Assembly (NCBI GenBank): GCA_965205265.1
Contig: CBDBGH010000003.1
Coordinates: 416,001-480,000 of the forward strand
DNA from: Alphaproteobacteria bacterium
Lineage (GTDB): Bacteria > Pseudomonadota > Alphaproteobacteria > Bin95
Length of the DNA: 64,000 nt
Direction of reading: 5' to 3'
Position 1 is the stretch's first letter; each line of letters starts with the position of its first letter. A model generated the notes under the pieces. The model was not told where the DNA came from, ran no database searches, and worked only from the letters and a program-made list of their open reading frames with translations. Made by a program: the position numbers and the translations under genes. This document shows, piece after piece, positions 10,235-23,031 of the stretch.

Positions 10235-10558
10235 ATGACGGCAGCCATGGCATTCCCCCGCAACACGGCGAACACCTTCCTGACGCATTTCTTCGGCAGC
10301 GGGCTTTCCGACGACCGCTACGCCGTGGAGCGCTTCCGCGCGATGGTGGACGGCGACATTCGCCGCTGCCCGGACCCGGCGCCCGGCAAGGGCCGGCGCA
10401 AGGCGGGCCATGCCACCGCGACCCTGAAGGCGGTGAAGGAGATGCGCCCCGAGCGCAACGAGATCATCGTCTGCACCGGCCTCGGCAGCCGGGGCGGGGT
10501 CCAGTACTGGGGCGTCTACGCCATGGGGCTCGGTATCGACCGCCGCCAGAAGGGCTGA
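10235..10558 (+). CDS. Hypothetical protein
   Basis: GGAGA RBS, GC3-biased codons. Confidence 0.55.
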   Translation: MTAAMAFPRNTANTFLTHFFGSGLSDDRYAVERFRAMVDGDIRRCPDPAPGKGRRKAGHATATLKAVKEMRPERNEIIVCTGLGSRGGVQYWGVYAMGLGIDRRQKG

Positions 10559-10666
10559 CCACCCGCTTCCCGGACGTCCTGCCGGCCCGGCGTCCCCGGC
10601 TCGGGGGCCGGGCCAGGCGGCGGGGCGTCCGCCTTTCCCCTTGTCCCACGAACCGAGGAGGACGGC

Positions 10667-11038
10667 ATGGCCCATGTCGATCCGGAGACCCGCCGTGCGC
10701 GCGACCGCGCAAGCGTCGCCCGGCGCACCGCCAAACGGATCAAGGCCGGCCTGTGCACGAGATGCAGCAGGACCGGGCCTGAGCCGGAGCGCCGCCTGTG
10801 CGCGCCCTGCAACGAGAAACGGAACCGCGCGAGCCGGGCGCGGGACGCCCGCCTGCGGGCCGGCAGGAAGCCCCGGCGCGACCCCGAACGGGCACGGCGC
10901 CAAGGACGCGAGCGCGACCGCAGGCTGTATGCCGAGCGCGCGGCTGCCGGCATCTGCACCAAGTGCAGCCGCTCCGGCTCGGCCTTGATGACATCAGTCA
11001 CCTTGTCGCCGGACGCCCGGACCAGCTTGCGGGCGTAG
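10667..11038 (+). CDS. Arg-rich CxxC-repeat hypothetical protein, 3' end probably replaced
   Basis: GAGGAGG RBS; CTRC, CAPC, CTKC; after ~10970 runs into antisense of a RecD2 remnant. Confidence 0.55.
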   Translation: MAHVDPETRRARDRASVARRTAKRIKAGLCTRCSRTGPEPERRLCAPCNEKRNRASRARDARLRAGRKPRRDPERARRQGRERDRRLYAERAAAGICTKCSRSGSALMTSVTLSPDARTSLRA

Positions 11039-11257
11039 ACCATGCCGATGCCCCGGATCGTCCCTGAGCCGCATACTCCTCGATCCCGTCGACCGAGGAA
11101 GGCGCGGCGGTGCGGATGAAGTGCGCACGGAACTGCTAGCCGTGGGCGCGGTCGTTCACCCATTCGCCTGACGCGGTGATCGATTCTCCCGGCGACACTG
11201 CCGCGGCGTGGCCGACCATGGTCACCAAGTCTCAATGGCCTCGCGCCCCGACCCGCA
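10968..11257 (-). pseudogene. RecD2-like helicase N-terminal remnant
   Basis: VGHAAAVSPGESITASGEWVNDRAHG* and GSGTIRGIGMVYARKLVRASGDKVTDVIKAEPERL in shifted frames. Confidence 0.65.
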
Positions 11258-12710
11258 GGTCGTGCCCCCAGGCGTGGTGTAGGAGCAGGAGCCACCATCG
11301 GTAGCTGTGGGTAAGTGGCCCGCCGCCGCGACCGTGTGGAGTGTGGCGGCGGCGGGCCACTTATCCATAGCGGATGGCCATCGCGGTGCCGGTTAGGGTT
11401 GGGCTTCTACAGTCCATCCGACCGGAGGAGTACCACGATGACCACCAAGGACATGATGACCCTGCAGGCGCTTTTGGAGAAGAGTTCGGACGCCGATCTG
11501 CTTCGCGAGATGATCGGGTTCACGGCCGAGCGTTTGATGGCGCTTGAGGTGGAGGGCCTTGCGGGAGCCGCACACGGCGAGCGTTCGCCGGACCGGCTCA
11601 CCCATCGCAACGGCTACCGGGACCGGGTCTGGGAGACGCGCGCGGGCACGGTGGAGTTGAAGATCCCGAAGCTGCGCAAGGGGAGCTGCTTCCCGGGCTT
11701 CCTGGAGCCGCGTCGCATGGCGGAGAAGGCGCTGACGGCGGTGATCCAGGAGGCCTACATCAAGGGCGTGTCGACCCGCTCGGTGGACGACCTGGTGCAG
11801 GCCATGGGCATGTCGGGCATCTCGAAGAGCCAGGTGTCGCGGCTGTGCGGTGAGATCGACGGCAAGATCCGCGACTTCCTCGACCGCCCGCTGGAGGGTG
11901 ACTGGCCGTATCTGTGGCTGGACGCGACCTATGTGAAGATGCGCGAGGCCGGGCGCGTCGTCTCGGTCGCGGTCACGATCGCGGTGGCGGTCAACGACCA
12001 GGGCCGCCGCGAGGTGCTCGGCATGGCGGTCGGCGCGTCCGAGGCCGAGACCTTCTGGACCTCCTTCCTGCGCTCCCTGGCCCGCCGCGGCCTGCGCGGC
12101 GTCAAGCTGGTCGTCTCCGATGACCACAAGGGCCTGAAGGCGGCTGCAACGCGCGTCCTCGGCGCCACATGGCAGCGCTGCCGCGTCCACTTCATGCGCA
12201 CCCTGCTCGCCCATGCCGGCAAGCAGGGCCGGCGCGTCGTGTCCGCCTTCGTCACCACCGCCTTCGCCCAGGAGGATGCAGACAGCGCCTCCGCCCAGTG
12301 GCGCCAGGTCGCCGACCAGCTCAGGACCAAGGCGCCGAAGCTCGCCGCTCTCATGGACGAGGCCGAGCACGACGTTCTCGCCTACATGACCTTCCCGGCC
12401 GCGCATCGCCCCAAGCTGCACTCGACAAACCCGCTCGAACGACTCCATGGCGAGATCAAGCGGCGCACCAACACCGTCGGCATCTTCCCCAACGAGAACG
12501 CCATCACACGCCTGATCGGCGCCATCCTGCTCGAGCAGAACGACGAATGGGCCGTCCAGAGGGCCAGATACATGACGCTGGAATCGATCGCTCCCGTGAG
12601 CGACAATGCAACCGTCAAGCTGCCCGCCGTGGCAGCCTGAGCCTACCGGCCCTTCCCGCCGGATACCGCGACGGCCGCCAGGCTCTTACACCACGGCTCG
12701 GGACACGATC
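11258..12710 (+). mobile_element. IS256-family insertion sequence
   Basis: Imperfect IRs GGTCGTGCCCCCAGGCGTGGTGTA and TACACCACGGCTCGGGACACGATC; no TSD seen. Confidence 0.85.
11438..12640 (+). CDS. IS256 transposase
   Basis: [33 protein letters not shown] motifs. Confidence 0.95.
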   Translation: MTTKDMMTLQALLEKSSDADLLREMIGFTAERLMALEVEGLAGAAHGERSPDRLTHRNGYRDRVWETRAGTVELKIPKLRKGSCFPGFLEPRRMAEKALTAVIQEAYIKGVSTRSVDDLVQAMGMSGISKSQVSRLCGEIDGKIRDFLDRPLEGDWPYLWLDATYVKMREAGRVVSVAVTIAVAVNDQGRREVLGMAVGASEAETFWTSFLRSLARRGLRGVKLVVSDDHKGLKAAATRVLGATWQRCRVHFMRTLLAHAGKQGRRVVSAFVTTAFAQEDADSASAQWRQVADQLRTKAPKLAALMDEAEHDVLAYMTFPAAHRPKLHSTNPLERLHGEIKRRTNTVGIFPNENAITRLIGAILLEQNDEWAVQRARYMTLESIAPVSDNATVKLPAVAA

Positions 12711-13375
12711 GCCGCTTGTCGCGCGCGAAGTGCCGTTCATGCGGTCGCCAACAACGGGACGGCCCGCTGGCCGGATCGACCTTGTTGTGTCCGCCGACGA
12801 CGCTGCATCGGTCTGGTACGGGCTGGAAATCCAAGCTGTCTACTTCTCCGGCCCGGCCATGCAGTCCGATTTCACGCGGTTGCTCGCGTCTACAGCAACC
12901 GTCCCGCCCGCACCTGCGGCAGTTCGTCGTCCCGACTGGCGTTCGTCGAGCGCAAAGCGCCTGATGCCGCAGTTACAGATCAAGGCTCCGACACTGCGAC
13001 GGTGGGGAACGAAACTCGCGGTGGCCGTCGATCTGCCGTTCTTCAACGCGATAGGCGGGCCGTCAGACAATCCCTCGCGCGACCTGGACGATGGCGACAT
13101 CGTTTGGCTGATCCTATAGCGCGACAATCTGGGTGAGAGCCGCGCGTCAATCAGGATGAGATTCCCCGGCGGCATCGGCGAGTTGATGATTGTCGCGCGG
13201 GGCGCGGATTGCAAGCGGTTTCGGATTTTGATTGTCGCGGCGCGACAAACAAGGTTTTCGGAGAGCGTTTTGATTGTCGCGGGGGGGCCGTCGGGTCGGA
13301 GAAGAGACGGCCCGCGGAGGCGATTCCCGCGGGCCGTGAGTGTTGTGGCCGCTGGGCCGATCTGGCGGCAGCGGT

Positions 13376-15723
<2,348 letters not shown>

Positions 15724-16061
15724 CTACTCGGAAAAACGTCACCGTTCGCCCAGCCGACCGACCCCGCCAGAAGGTCCAGGAAAAATTTTTTGAGGCGGCG
15801 GCCCGGAACTCCGGTCGGGCTACGCCCTCCCTCCGTTCCGGGCCGCCGCCTTCCCCCGTCTCATCCTGATTGTCGCCAGCGTCTCAAGCTGATTGTCGCG
15901 CCGCAGATCCCGCGCATAGACGACGATTCCCGGCTCGTGGCGCACCATTGGGAAGTGCTGTCGCTTGAGGCGTCCAGCGACAAGCTGCTGTCCGCTGAAA
16001 CCGTGCGGCGGCGCGAATTCGAGGAAGCGTTGCGTGCGAAGCTCGAACCGTTGGAGACAGG

Positions 16062-16247
16062 ATGATGCCGAAGAAAGAGGCGCGGCAACCTCGCAAGATT
16101 ACCCGCCGCACTGTCCGGGTGAAGCCGCACAGCTACCAGCCGAAGAAGGCGGAACTGGAGGAAGAATTCCTGATTGACGCGACGCCAGAAGAACTGGCGA
16201 CCGCGATCCTACAGCCGGTCAAGATCGTCAAGGACTCAGAGGCTTAG
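16062..16247 (+). CDS. Small hypothetical protein coupled to the nuclease stop
   Basis: ATGA overlap; YQPKKAELEE..DATPEELA. Confidence 0.5.
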   Translation: MMPKKEARQPRKITRRTVRVKPHSYQPKKAELEEEFLIDATPEELATAILQPVKIVKDSEA

Positions 16248-16670
16248 GCGAGGCCGGTGACTTTTGTACATAATCCCCCTGAATTGTCGCCCTGGAGGCG
16301 AACGCAAGCAGGCAATCGTCTGGCTCCGCCCGCAATCTTTCTAGGATGTGTGCTCGATACCGGCGCACAGATAAAATGTCCGCTTCACCTTTTGGTCGTA
16401 TACACAGTAGCGTCGGTCGGTCTCTGTTCCGTTTCGGACACCAAGGTGTTTGGCCAGCTTCGCCAGATGGTGCCCGGTGAACATACAGCTTCGTCGATTC
16501 TCCCGGGATCCCGGTGCTTGACGCGTCCACGATACCTACCCTTTCCCCTGGCAACCGATTTCGGTCCGAGGGACCCTCCATGGACGCCCCTTTCATCTCT
16601 TGGCGTTAACACCACCGTCAACATGGCACATCGCGATGCCGTCGGGAGGGGCGTCCACTCCATCGCTTAC

Positions 16671-16945
16671 CCTTGAGCCAGGTGTAGGGCTCGACACCGT
16701 TCAGTTCCGCCGTCTCGATGAGCGAGGCGATGCGCGCCCATGCGGCAGCGCCTTCGTCGTGCAGTTGTGACCGGCGAAGAGTGCGTTCTTGCGATTCAGG
16801 GCAATCGGCCTGGCGAGGTTTTCGACCCTGTTGCTGCCGATCTCGACTCGCCCGTCGGCGAGGAAGACCTGGAGTCCGTCCCAGTGACGGGCGATATAGG
16901 CGAGCTTCTCGCCGAGGCGGGACTTGGGCGAGACACGGGCGCGCT
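16671..16945 (-). pseudogene. IS66 transposase (TnpC) C-terminal fragment
   Basis: Manual translation DGRVEIGSNRVENLARPIALNRKNALFAG and WARIASLIETAELNGVEP. Confidence 0.8.
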
Positions 16946-17012
16946 GCTAGAGAAAGTAATCCCGCCGGGTTCCACGAATGGAAGGATGTCCGTCAACCGC
17001 CATCGCCTGAGA

Positions 17013-17558
17013 TCAACGCCCCGCCCGTCGCGCGGCCTCCTCGACCCATTCGCCGAGATCGTTCACCCGGTTTGACCAGTTGCCGGCCGGCTCCCAAGTG
17101 TAGGTCATGAAGCGCTCGCTGGCCTTCTGTGCGAGCACATACCCCATTGTGTTCCTGAAAGGCGGTATCTTGTGCTTATCCAGCGGGTTTGCTGGCCGGA
17201 GAATTGCATCAAGAACCGGGCCGGGAACTGCGCTCTGATGGTCCTTCGACTTGCGCAATTTGTGGACGTAAACGCCGAGAAGGCCCATGCCGTTGGCGAT
17301 GGATTCCTTGATCTCGAAGTTGACCCATCTGCTCCGGTGGGTGGCAGCGCCGATCAGAACGCACGTGACCGAGCACCCGTGCATCTGCTTTCGGATCCAG
17401 TTCCTAATGGCGGCGTCACCGGTTCGCCTGACTTTCTCGTACTCCGCCTTGTCCCGGAAGCCCGAGCGCGGCTCGCCGATGAATCTGCCCGAGTTGCGGA
17501 CCTGGTTGACGCGCCATACGTCGTCGTAGTCGAAACTGAAGAAAACGATTCTGGTCAT
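17013..17558 (-). CDS. TIR-domain protein (Thoeris ThsB/DUF1863-like)
   Basis: VFFSFDY..WRVNQVRN, IRNWI, VLIG..T..SRWV.FEI with catalytic Glu. Confidence 0.85.
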   Translation of the reverse strand: MTRIVFFSFDYDDVWRVNQVRNSGRFIGEPRSGFRDKAEYEKVRRTGDAAIRNWIRKQMHGCSVTCVLIGAATHRSRWVNFEIKESIANGMGLLGVYVHKLRKSKDHQSAVPGPVLDAILRPANPLDKHKIPPFRNTMGYVLAQKASERFMTYTWEPAGNWSNRVNDLGEWVEEAARRAGR

Positions 17559-17568
17559 CGGTGCAGCC

Positions 17569-17761
17569 CTATCCAGATCTGAGAATCGGCGCATGCGGCG
17601 CCTGTAGTAAGGCTGCGGGGCCGCACTCGCTGCCGAGGGCCGCCACCGCGACCAGGACGAGAGCGAGCAAGGCTCCGTAGAAGAATACCAGGGTACGGGA
17701 GAACGTCGCGCCTCGCCAGCTATGGCGCAGGGATCCCCGGTACGCGCGGACATCCATGGAA
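17569..17761 (-). pseudogene. C-terminal TM remnant of gene upstream of TIR, truncated by IS21
   Basis: SMDVRAY..W...FSRTLVFFYGALLALVLV begins right at the IS end. Confidence 0.55.
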
Positions 17762-19318
17762 TGCGCGTTTCAGTAAGTCCCGGCCGGTGATTACGGAAAG
17801 TCCCGGCCGGCGATTTCAGTAAGTCCCGGCCGGCGATTCCGGAAAGTCCCGGCCGGCATGACCGGGGCGATTTGAGTTCGGCTTTCGGGTGCGCCGACTC
17901 GGCGTCTACCCCCTGGCATTTTGCCGGGGGGTGGCATGCCGGGACGGAAGCAGACGAGACGAACGACAGTGAAGGACGTCAGGGCGATCCTGCGGCTGAG
18001 CCATGGGCAGGGTCTGTCGGAGCGCGAGGTCGCGGGGCGGCTGAAGCTCTCCAGGGCGACGGTGTCGACCTATCTTCTTCGGGCCCGGGAGGCGGGCCTG
18101 TCGAGCTGGCCGCTGCCGGCGGTCTACGAGGACGACGCGGTGCTGGAACAGTTGCTGTTCCGGCGCATGGGCCGCCCGCCGCGGGATACGCGCCAGCCGC
18201 ACTGGCCGACGGTGGCGGCCGAGCTGAAGCGCAAGGGCGTGACGCTGAGCCTGCTGTGGCAGGAATACCGGGCCGCGCATCCGGACGGCTACGGCTATAC
18301 CTGGTTCTGCGACGCCTTCAGGGCCTTCGAGCGCCGCACGCATGCGAGCTGGCGCAACCGGCACGAGGCCGGCGCGGTGATGCAGACCGACTATGCCGGC
18401 CAGACGGTCGAGATCGTCGATCCCGAGACCGGCGAGATCCACGAGGCGCAGATCTTCGTCGCGGTGCTCGGCGCCTCGTCCTACACCTTCGCGACCGCGA
18501 GCCTGACGCAGCGCCTGCCGGACTGGATCGCTGGGCAATGCGAAGCGCTGGCCTTCTTTGGGGGCGTGCCGAAAAGCATTGTCTGCGACAACCTGAAGGC
18601 GGGGGTGGCGAAGCCGCTCTGGTTCGAGCCGACGCTGAACGCGACCTTCGCGGCGCTGGCGGAGCACTACGACACCACCGTCCTGCCGACGCGGCCCCGA
18701 AAACCCCGGGACAAGGCGAAGGTCGAGGTTGGCGTGCAAGTGGTCGAGCGCTGGATCCTGGCCCGCCTCAGGAACCGGCGCTTCTTCTCCCTCGGGCAGC
18801 TCAACGCGGCGATCCGCGTCCTCCTGGACGAACTCAACGACCGGCCCATGCGCCATCTCGGCCAGAGCCGGCGCCAGATGTTCGAGGCCATCGAGCGCGC
18901 CGCGCTGGCGCCGCTGCCGAAGACCCCCTTCGAATACGCCGAGTGGAAGACCGCGAAGGTCCACCCCGACTACCATGTCGATGTCGAGCGCACCTTCTAC
19001 TCGGTCCCTCACAGCCTGATCGGGCGCACGGTTCGGATCCGCCTCACCCGGCGCACGGTCGAGGTCTTCCATAGCCACAGGCGCGTCGCCGCCCATGCAC
19101 GCCGGTCTCCCTATGGCGGGCATGTCACCGTTGCCGCTCATATGCCCAGCGCGCATCGCCGCTATGCCGATCGCACCCCGGCAAGCCTGATCGGCAGGGC
19201 AAGACGCATCGGCCCCAACACGGCCGTGCTGGTCGAGCGCATGATGCGCGACAGGCCGCATCCCGAGCAGGGCTATCGAAGCGCCATGGGCGTCATATCG
19301 CTCTCCCGGCGATACGAG
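17762..19318 (+). mobile_element. IS21-family element, partial (istB missing)
   Basis: TG end with four AAGTCCCGGCCGG repeats (17774-17856), then istA. Confidence 0.85.
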
Positions 19319-19327
19319 TGTCGGTGA
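17936..19327 (+). pseudogene. istA: IS21 transposase IstA, C-terminally truncated
   Basis: QTDYAG, VCDNLK, PRDKAKVE, YSVPHSLIG motifs. Confidence 0.88.
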
Positions 19328-20132
19328 TTATCATAAAGGGCGCATATTTGCTGGCGTAGCGCGCTTTTGTGGTGCGCACGACAAACAGCGTGAGACAGGC
19401 GCGGCCGGGTTTATGACGGGGGCCGAGGACGGAAGGAGGGCGTAGCCCGACCGGAGTCCTCGGCCCCCGTCGCGTTGAGATTTTCGCCTCCCGGAGGGCG
19501 GCGACGTCCTGGCGACCGGGTTGGCCGTTCCCGGGCTGCGGCAGGGGGTAGACTGGGGCTTCTGAGAACGATGCGGCGCCGGCCCCGTTGGCTTGGTGGC
19601 AACGACCGGCGCCGCACCCCCCGAGCCATGCAAGGCGCGGCCCGGAAGCGCAGTATCGTGCGCGTCCGGGCGTGGGTCCACCCCGTTCTCATCGGTCGCG
19701 ATGAGGAACGCCGCCCGCCTGTTCACCTGCGCCCTGTGCCGCCGCCAGGTGGTTCTCTGCCGGCGCTGCGACTCTGGCCATATCTACTGTTCGCCGCGTT
19801 GCAGCGGGCGGGCGCGGCGTCGGTCGGTGCGCCTTGCGGGGCAGCGCTACCAGAACAGCCGCCGGGGCCGTCACAAGCATGCCGAGCGCCAGCGGCGCTA
19901 CCGCGAACGGCGCCGTGTGCGGCAGCCGGCAGTTCGGGCCATCGCGCAGAAAGTGACGCATCACCCTTTGACCGTCGCGCGCCGGCGTCCTGATGTGGCG
20001 CGCATACCGGCGGGGCGGTCCGGAACCCGGCCCTTCGGGCCCGACCGTCCCGCCCGGGTGTTCCGCTGCGAGCGCTGCGGTCGGTTCTGCGGCCTGGCGG
20101 TCTATCCGGGCCTGCGCCAGGCGCGAAGGGCC
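19319..20132 (+). mobile_element. Left-end fragment of a third IS21-like element
   Basis: TGTC end, leader hairpin shared with the IS21 at 15794-15850, Cys-rich accessory ORF. Confidence 0.6.
19701..20132 (+). CDS. Cys-rich Arg-rich accessory ORF (truncated/fused)
   Basis: ARLFTCALCRRQVVLCRRCDSGHIYCSPRC...RYQNSRRGRHKHAERQRRY. Confidence 0.55.
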
Positions 20133-21140
20133 GGCCATGACGGCGTGGCTGGCCACGGTGTGGCGCAGGTCGTGCAGGCGGAGCCTGCCGAGGCCGGCGT
20201 CGGCGCAGACGGTGCGCCAGCACAATACCAGGCTGTCGGCCCTTCTTCCTTCGGCGTATCGCGGAAACACGAAATCGCTCGGTTCCCGCGCACCGGGCAG
20301 GGTCTCGATCAGCGCCCGCGCGGCCTCGCCGAGCGGCACGGCGCGGGGGCCGGTCTTGGCATCCTCAAGGTTCAGGGCCCTGGCTCCGACGTTCCGCCAG
20401 CGCAGGTTGAGGACCTCGCCCCGGCGGCATCCGGTGAGGGCCAGCAGGCGGATGGCGGCGACGGCCTCGGGCCAGCGGCCTTCGTGCGCATCGAGCGCGC
20501 GCCCGAGCCGGGCGAGCTCTCCGGTGTCGAGGAAGCGGGCGACGTTGCGCCTCGGGTTCTTCGCGATGCCGAGGCAGGGGTTGGAGCTGCGCTCGCGCAA
20601 TCCCCACTCCTCGGCGCGGAACATCATGGCGCGGAGGATCTCGAAGGCGCGGTTGGCCGCGCCGGGCCTGTCCCTGCTCGCGGCGTCGAACCACGCGGCC
20701 ACGTCCTGCGCGTCGATGCGGTCGAGCGGCATCCTGCCGAAGACGGGCAGGATGCGGGCCTTGAGATAGATGCGCACGGTCCTGCGCCCGGAGGGCTTCC
20801 AGTGCGGTTCCGAGCGCCGCAGGTATTCCCCGGCGAACTGGCGGAAGCTCGGGGTCTCCTTCTCCCTGCGGATGTCGTCGGCGGGGTTGCCGCCCGCGCG
20901 GATGCGGGCGAGCATGTCGCGGGCGCGGCGGCGGGCCTCGACGAGGTCCATCTCGCCGTGGCGGGCGACGACGATGCGGCGGCTCCGTCCCTCGATGCGG
21001 GCCTGCACGATCCAGACCTTGCGGCCCGAGGGGTGGATGCGCAGCCCGAAGCCGGGCAGCGACCTGTCGAACAGGATCGTGTCCTTCGGGCCGGGTGCGG
21101 CGTCGCGGGCCAGCTTCGCGGTAAGGTCAACCCTTGGCAT
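20133..21140 (-). pseudogene. Tyrosine integrase, truncated after HDLRH (lacks LGH and catalytic Tyr)
   Basis: FDRSLPGFGLRI, TGCRRGE, HDLRHT, then junction. Confidence 0.85.
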
Positions 21141-22317
21141 GACCGCACCCTCCCTCATGCTCCGCGCCGCTACCGGCCAGGGCCGCATGGATGCGGTTCG
21201 ACACCCGGTCGGCGGCGTCCGTGACCGACTGGTCGGACAGATGGACATAGCGCTCTGTGGTCTCGACCAGGGCGTGACCGAGCAGCTTCGCGATGGTCAC
21301 CATGTCCACCCCGTTCATGGCGGCGACCGAAGCCCAGCTGTGTCTGAGATCGTGCAGCCGCAGGCCGGGCAGTTCGGCCTCGCTGCGGATGCGGTGCCAC
21401 TGGTACTCGATGTTGTCTACGTGCCGCGTCGGCGGACGCGCCGGAAAGAGATACGGGCAATCCGCGCTGTATCGCGGGATGGCGTTGATCACGATCCGCG
21501 CGGCACTGGACAGCCAGACCGTGCGCGGGCCGGACTTGGCATCGGGCAAGTGGATGCGCTTGCCCCTGATCCAGTCCCATTCGAGGGAGACAATCTCGCC
21601 GAAGCGGCATCCGGTGAGCATCAGCAGGCGGACGATGGCGACGACATGGGGACACCGGAACTCGTCGCGGGTGAGCACGGCGTTGAGCCGGGCCATCTCG
21701 TCCGCCGTGAGGAACCGCTCCTTCGGCTTCATCCTGTAGCGGCGGGTCCGCTTGCAGGGGTTGGTGTTGTGGGCGCGGTATCCCCAGAGTTCCGCCATGC
21801 GCATCATCACCGACAGCACGGGCATGGTCCGGTTGGCGACGCCGGGCCTGTTCGCCATGGAGGCGAACCAGCGCCTCACGTCGTCGGCCTCGATGGCGTC
21901 CACGGTCATGTGCCCGAAGGCGGGCAGGATGTCCTTGCGCACGATGCGGGCGTTGGTCTCCAGGGTCCTGGACTTCCAGTGCCGGGCATGGCGTTCGAGG
22001 AACTCCCCGGCGAAGGCGTCCATCGGGTGGCCGGGCATCTTCGGCCCGTTGTCCTTCCTCGTCGGCTCGATGAAGCTGGCGATGAGCCTGCGGGCCTCGC
22101 GCCGCGCCTCGGGGACGGTCATGGCGTCGGCGTCGCCGATCCGGGCGTAGCGTCTCTTCCCGCGCGCCATGCGGGCAAGGAAGAATGTGCGGGTTCCGGT
22201 GGGCTGGATCGAGACGGCGAGGCCGCTCACCACGTCGTCGCGGACTTCGTACTTCCCGGCTCGGGGTCTGGCGGCGCGGAGGCGCCGGGCGAAGGTGGAC
22301 TTCGGCTGGTCGTTCAT
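21127..22317 (-). CDS. Tyrosine integrase
   Basis: TGCRFGE, HDLRHS, LGH, TTERYVH; overlaps next integrase by 14 bp. Confidence 0.92.
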   Translation of the reverse strand: MNDQPKSTFARRLRAARPRAGKYEVRDDVVSGLAVSIQPTGTRTFFLARMARGKRRYARIGDADAMTVPEARREARRLIASFIEPTRKDNGPKMPGHPMDAFAGEFLERHARHWKSRTLETNARIVRKDILPAFGHMTVDAIEADDVRRWFASMANRPGVANRTMPVLSVMMRMAELWGYRAHNTNPCKRTRRYRMKPKERFLTADEMARLNAVLTRDEFRCPHVVAIVRLLMLTGCRFGEIVSLEWDWIRGKRIHLPDAKSGPRTVWLSSAARIVINAIPRYSADCPYLFPARPPTRHVDNIEYQWHRIRSEAELPGLRLHDLRHSWASVAAMNGVDMVTIAKLLGHALVETTERYVHLSDQSVTDAADRVSNRIHAALAGSGAEHEGGCGHAKG

Positions 22318-22741
22318 GGTCGCGGCTCCCTGTTCGGGCCGCGTGGCCGACTGGTAGTCCAGGAAGCGGCCGCGGCGGCGTTTCGTCGGGGAAGCCGCGC
22401 GAAGGCGCGGGAGAGGCTGAACCGTAACGCCCTGTAGTTACAGGGCTTTCCTCCGGTTCATGCGAAGGCGGGCGCTGGCAGGATTCGCACCACGGGTGCG
22501 GAGGGTGTGACGCGCAAACCGCCGCATGGCGTAGAAAACCGGCACTCCGCTCACGCATCCGCGAAGTGCTGAAAGCGCAGCTGCAGCAACGGCTTGCAGC
22601 CCGCGCGGCGTTTGAGCGCAGCACTTCCGACCCTTCCGATCTTCGAGCCCGCCGCCGTTACCCGGCGTGTCCTGGGTGTTCCCCAACGGGGGCGCCCGAG
22701 ATGCGCCGGTCGCGACCGGAACGAACGGAAGGGATCGGACA

Positions 22742-22926
22742 ATGGCCAACAGAACAAAGACCACGATGGCGGGCGCTCGCGCCTTCGCCGCTGCCGACGG
22801 GCGCGAGGCCGTGCTGTGGGACAGTATCGCGCCGGGGCTCGGACTGCGGGCGCGACCGAACGGACGCAAGACATGGATCGTGCATCGGCGCTGCAACGGC
22901 TCTGTCGTCAAGCGGACGCTCGGCAC
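22742..22926 (+). pseudogene. Integrase arm-binding N-terminal fragment cut by an IS21 end
   Basis: VLWDSIAPGLGLRARPNGRKTWIV. Confidence 0.75.
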
Positions 22927-22990
22927 TGCGGCGCGACAATCAGCTTGAGACGCTGGCGACAATCAGGATGAGACGGGGGAAGGCGGCGGC
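22927..22990 (+). mobile_element. Isolated IS21 left end, matching 15842-15905 (inverted)
   Basis: TGCGGCGCGACAATCAGCTTGAGACGCTGGCGACAATCAGGATGAGACGGGGGAAGGCGGCGGC. Confidence 0.85.
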
Positions 22991-23031
22991 GGTCGCCGCG
23001 GAGATGCGCGCCGCGCCGGCGCGGCCGGCGG

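Noticed and set aside
16575-16668. Possible IS110-like left-end remnant (GGACGCCCCT/AGGGGCGTCC inverted repeat before an ATG)
   Set aside because: No recognisable transposase sequence follows; left uncalled
17762-17860. Four ~22-bp tandem repeats resembling a mini-CRISPR or iterons
   Set aside because: No unique spacers; they are the multiple transposase-binding repeats of an IS21 end
19593-22437. 543-aa and 555-aa plus-strand ORFs as novel fusion proteins
   Set aside because: Beyond ~20132 they are antisense to integrases; the fusion is a junction artefact
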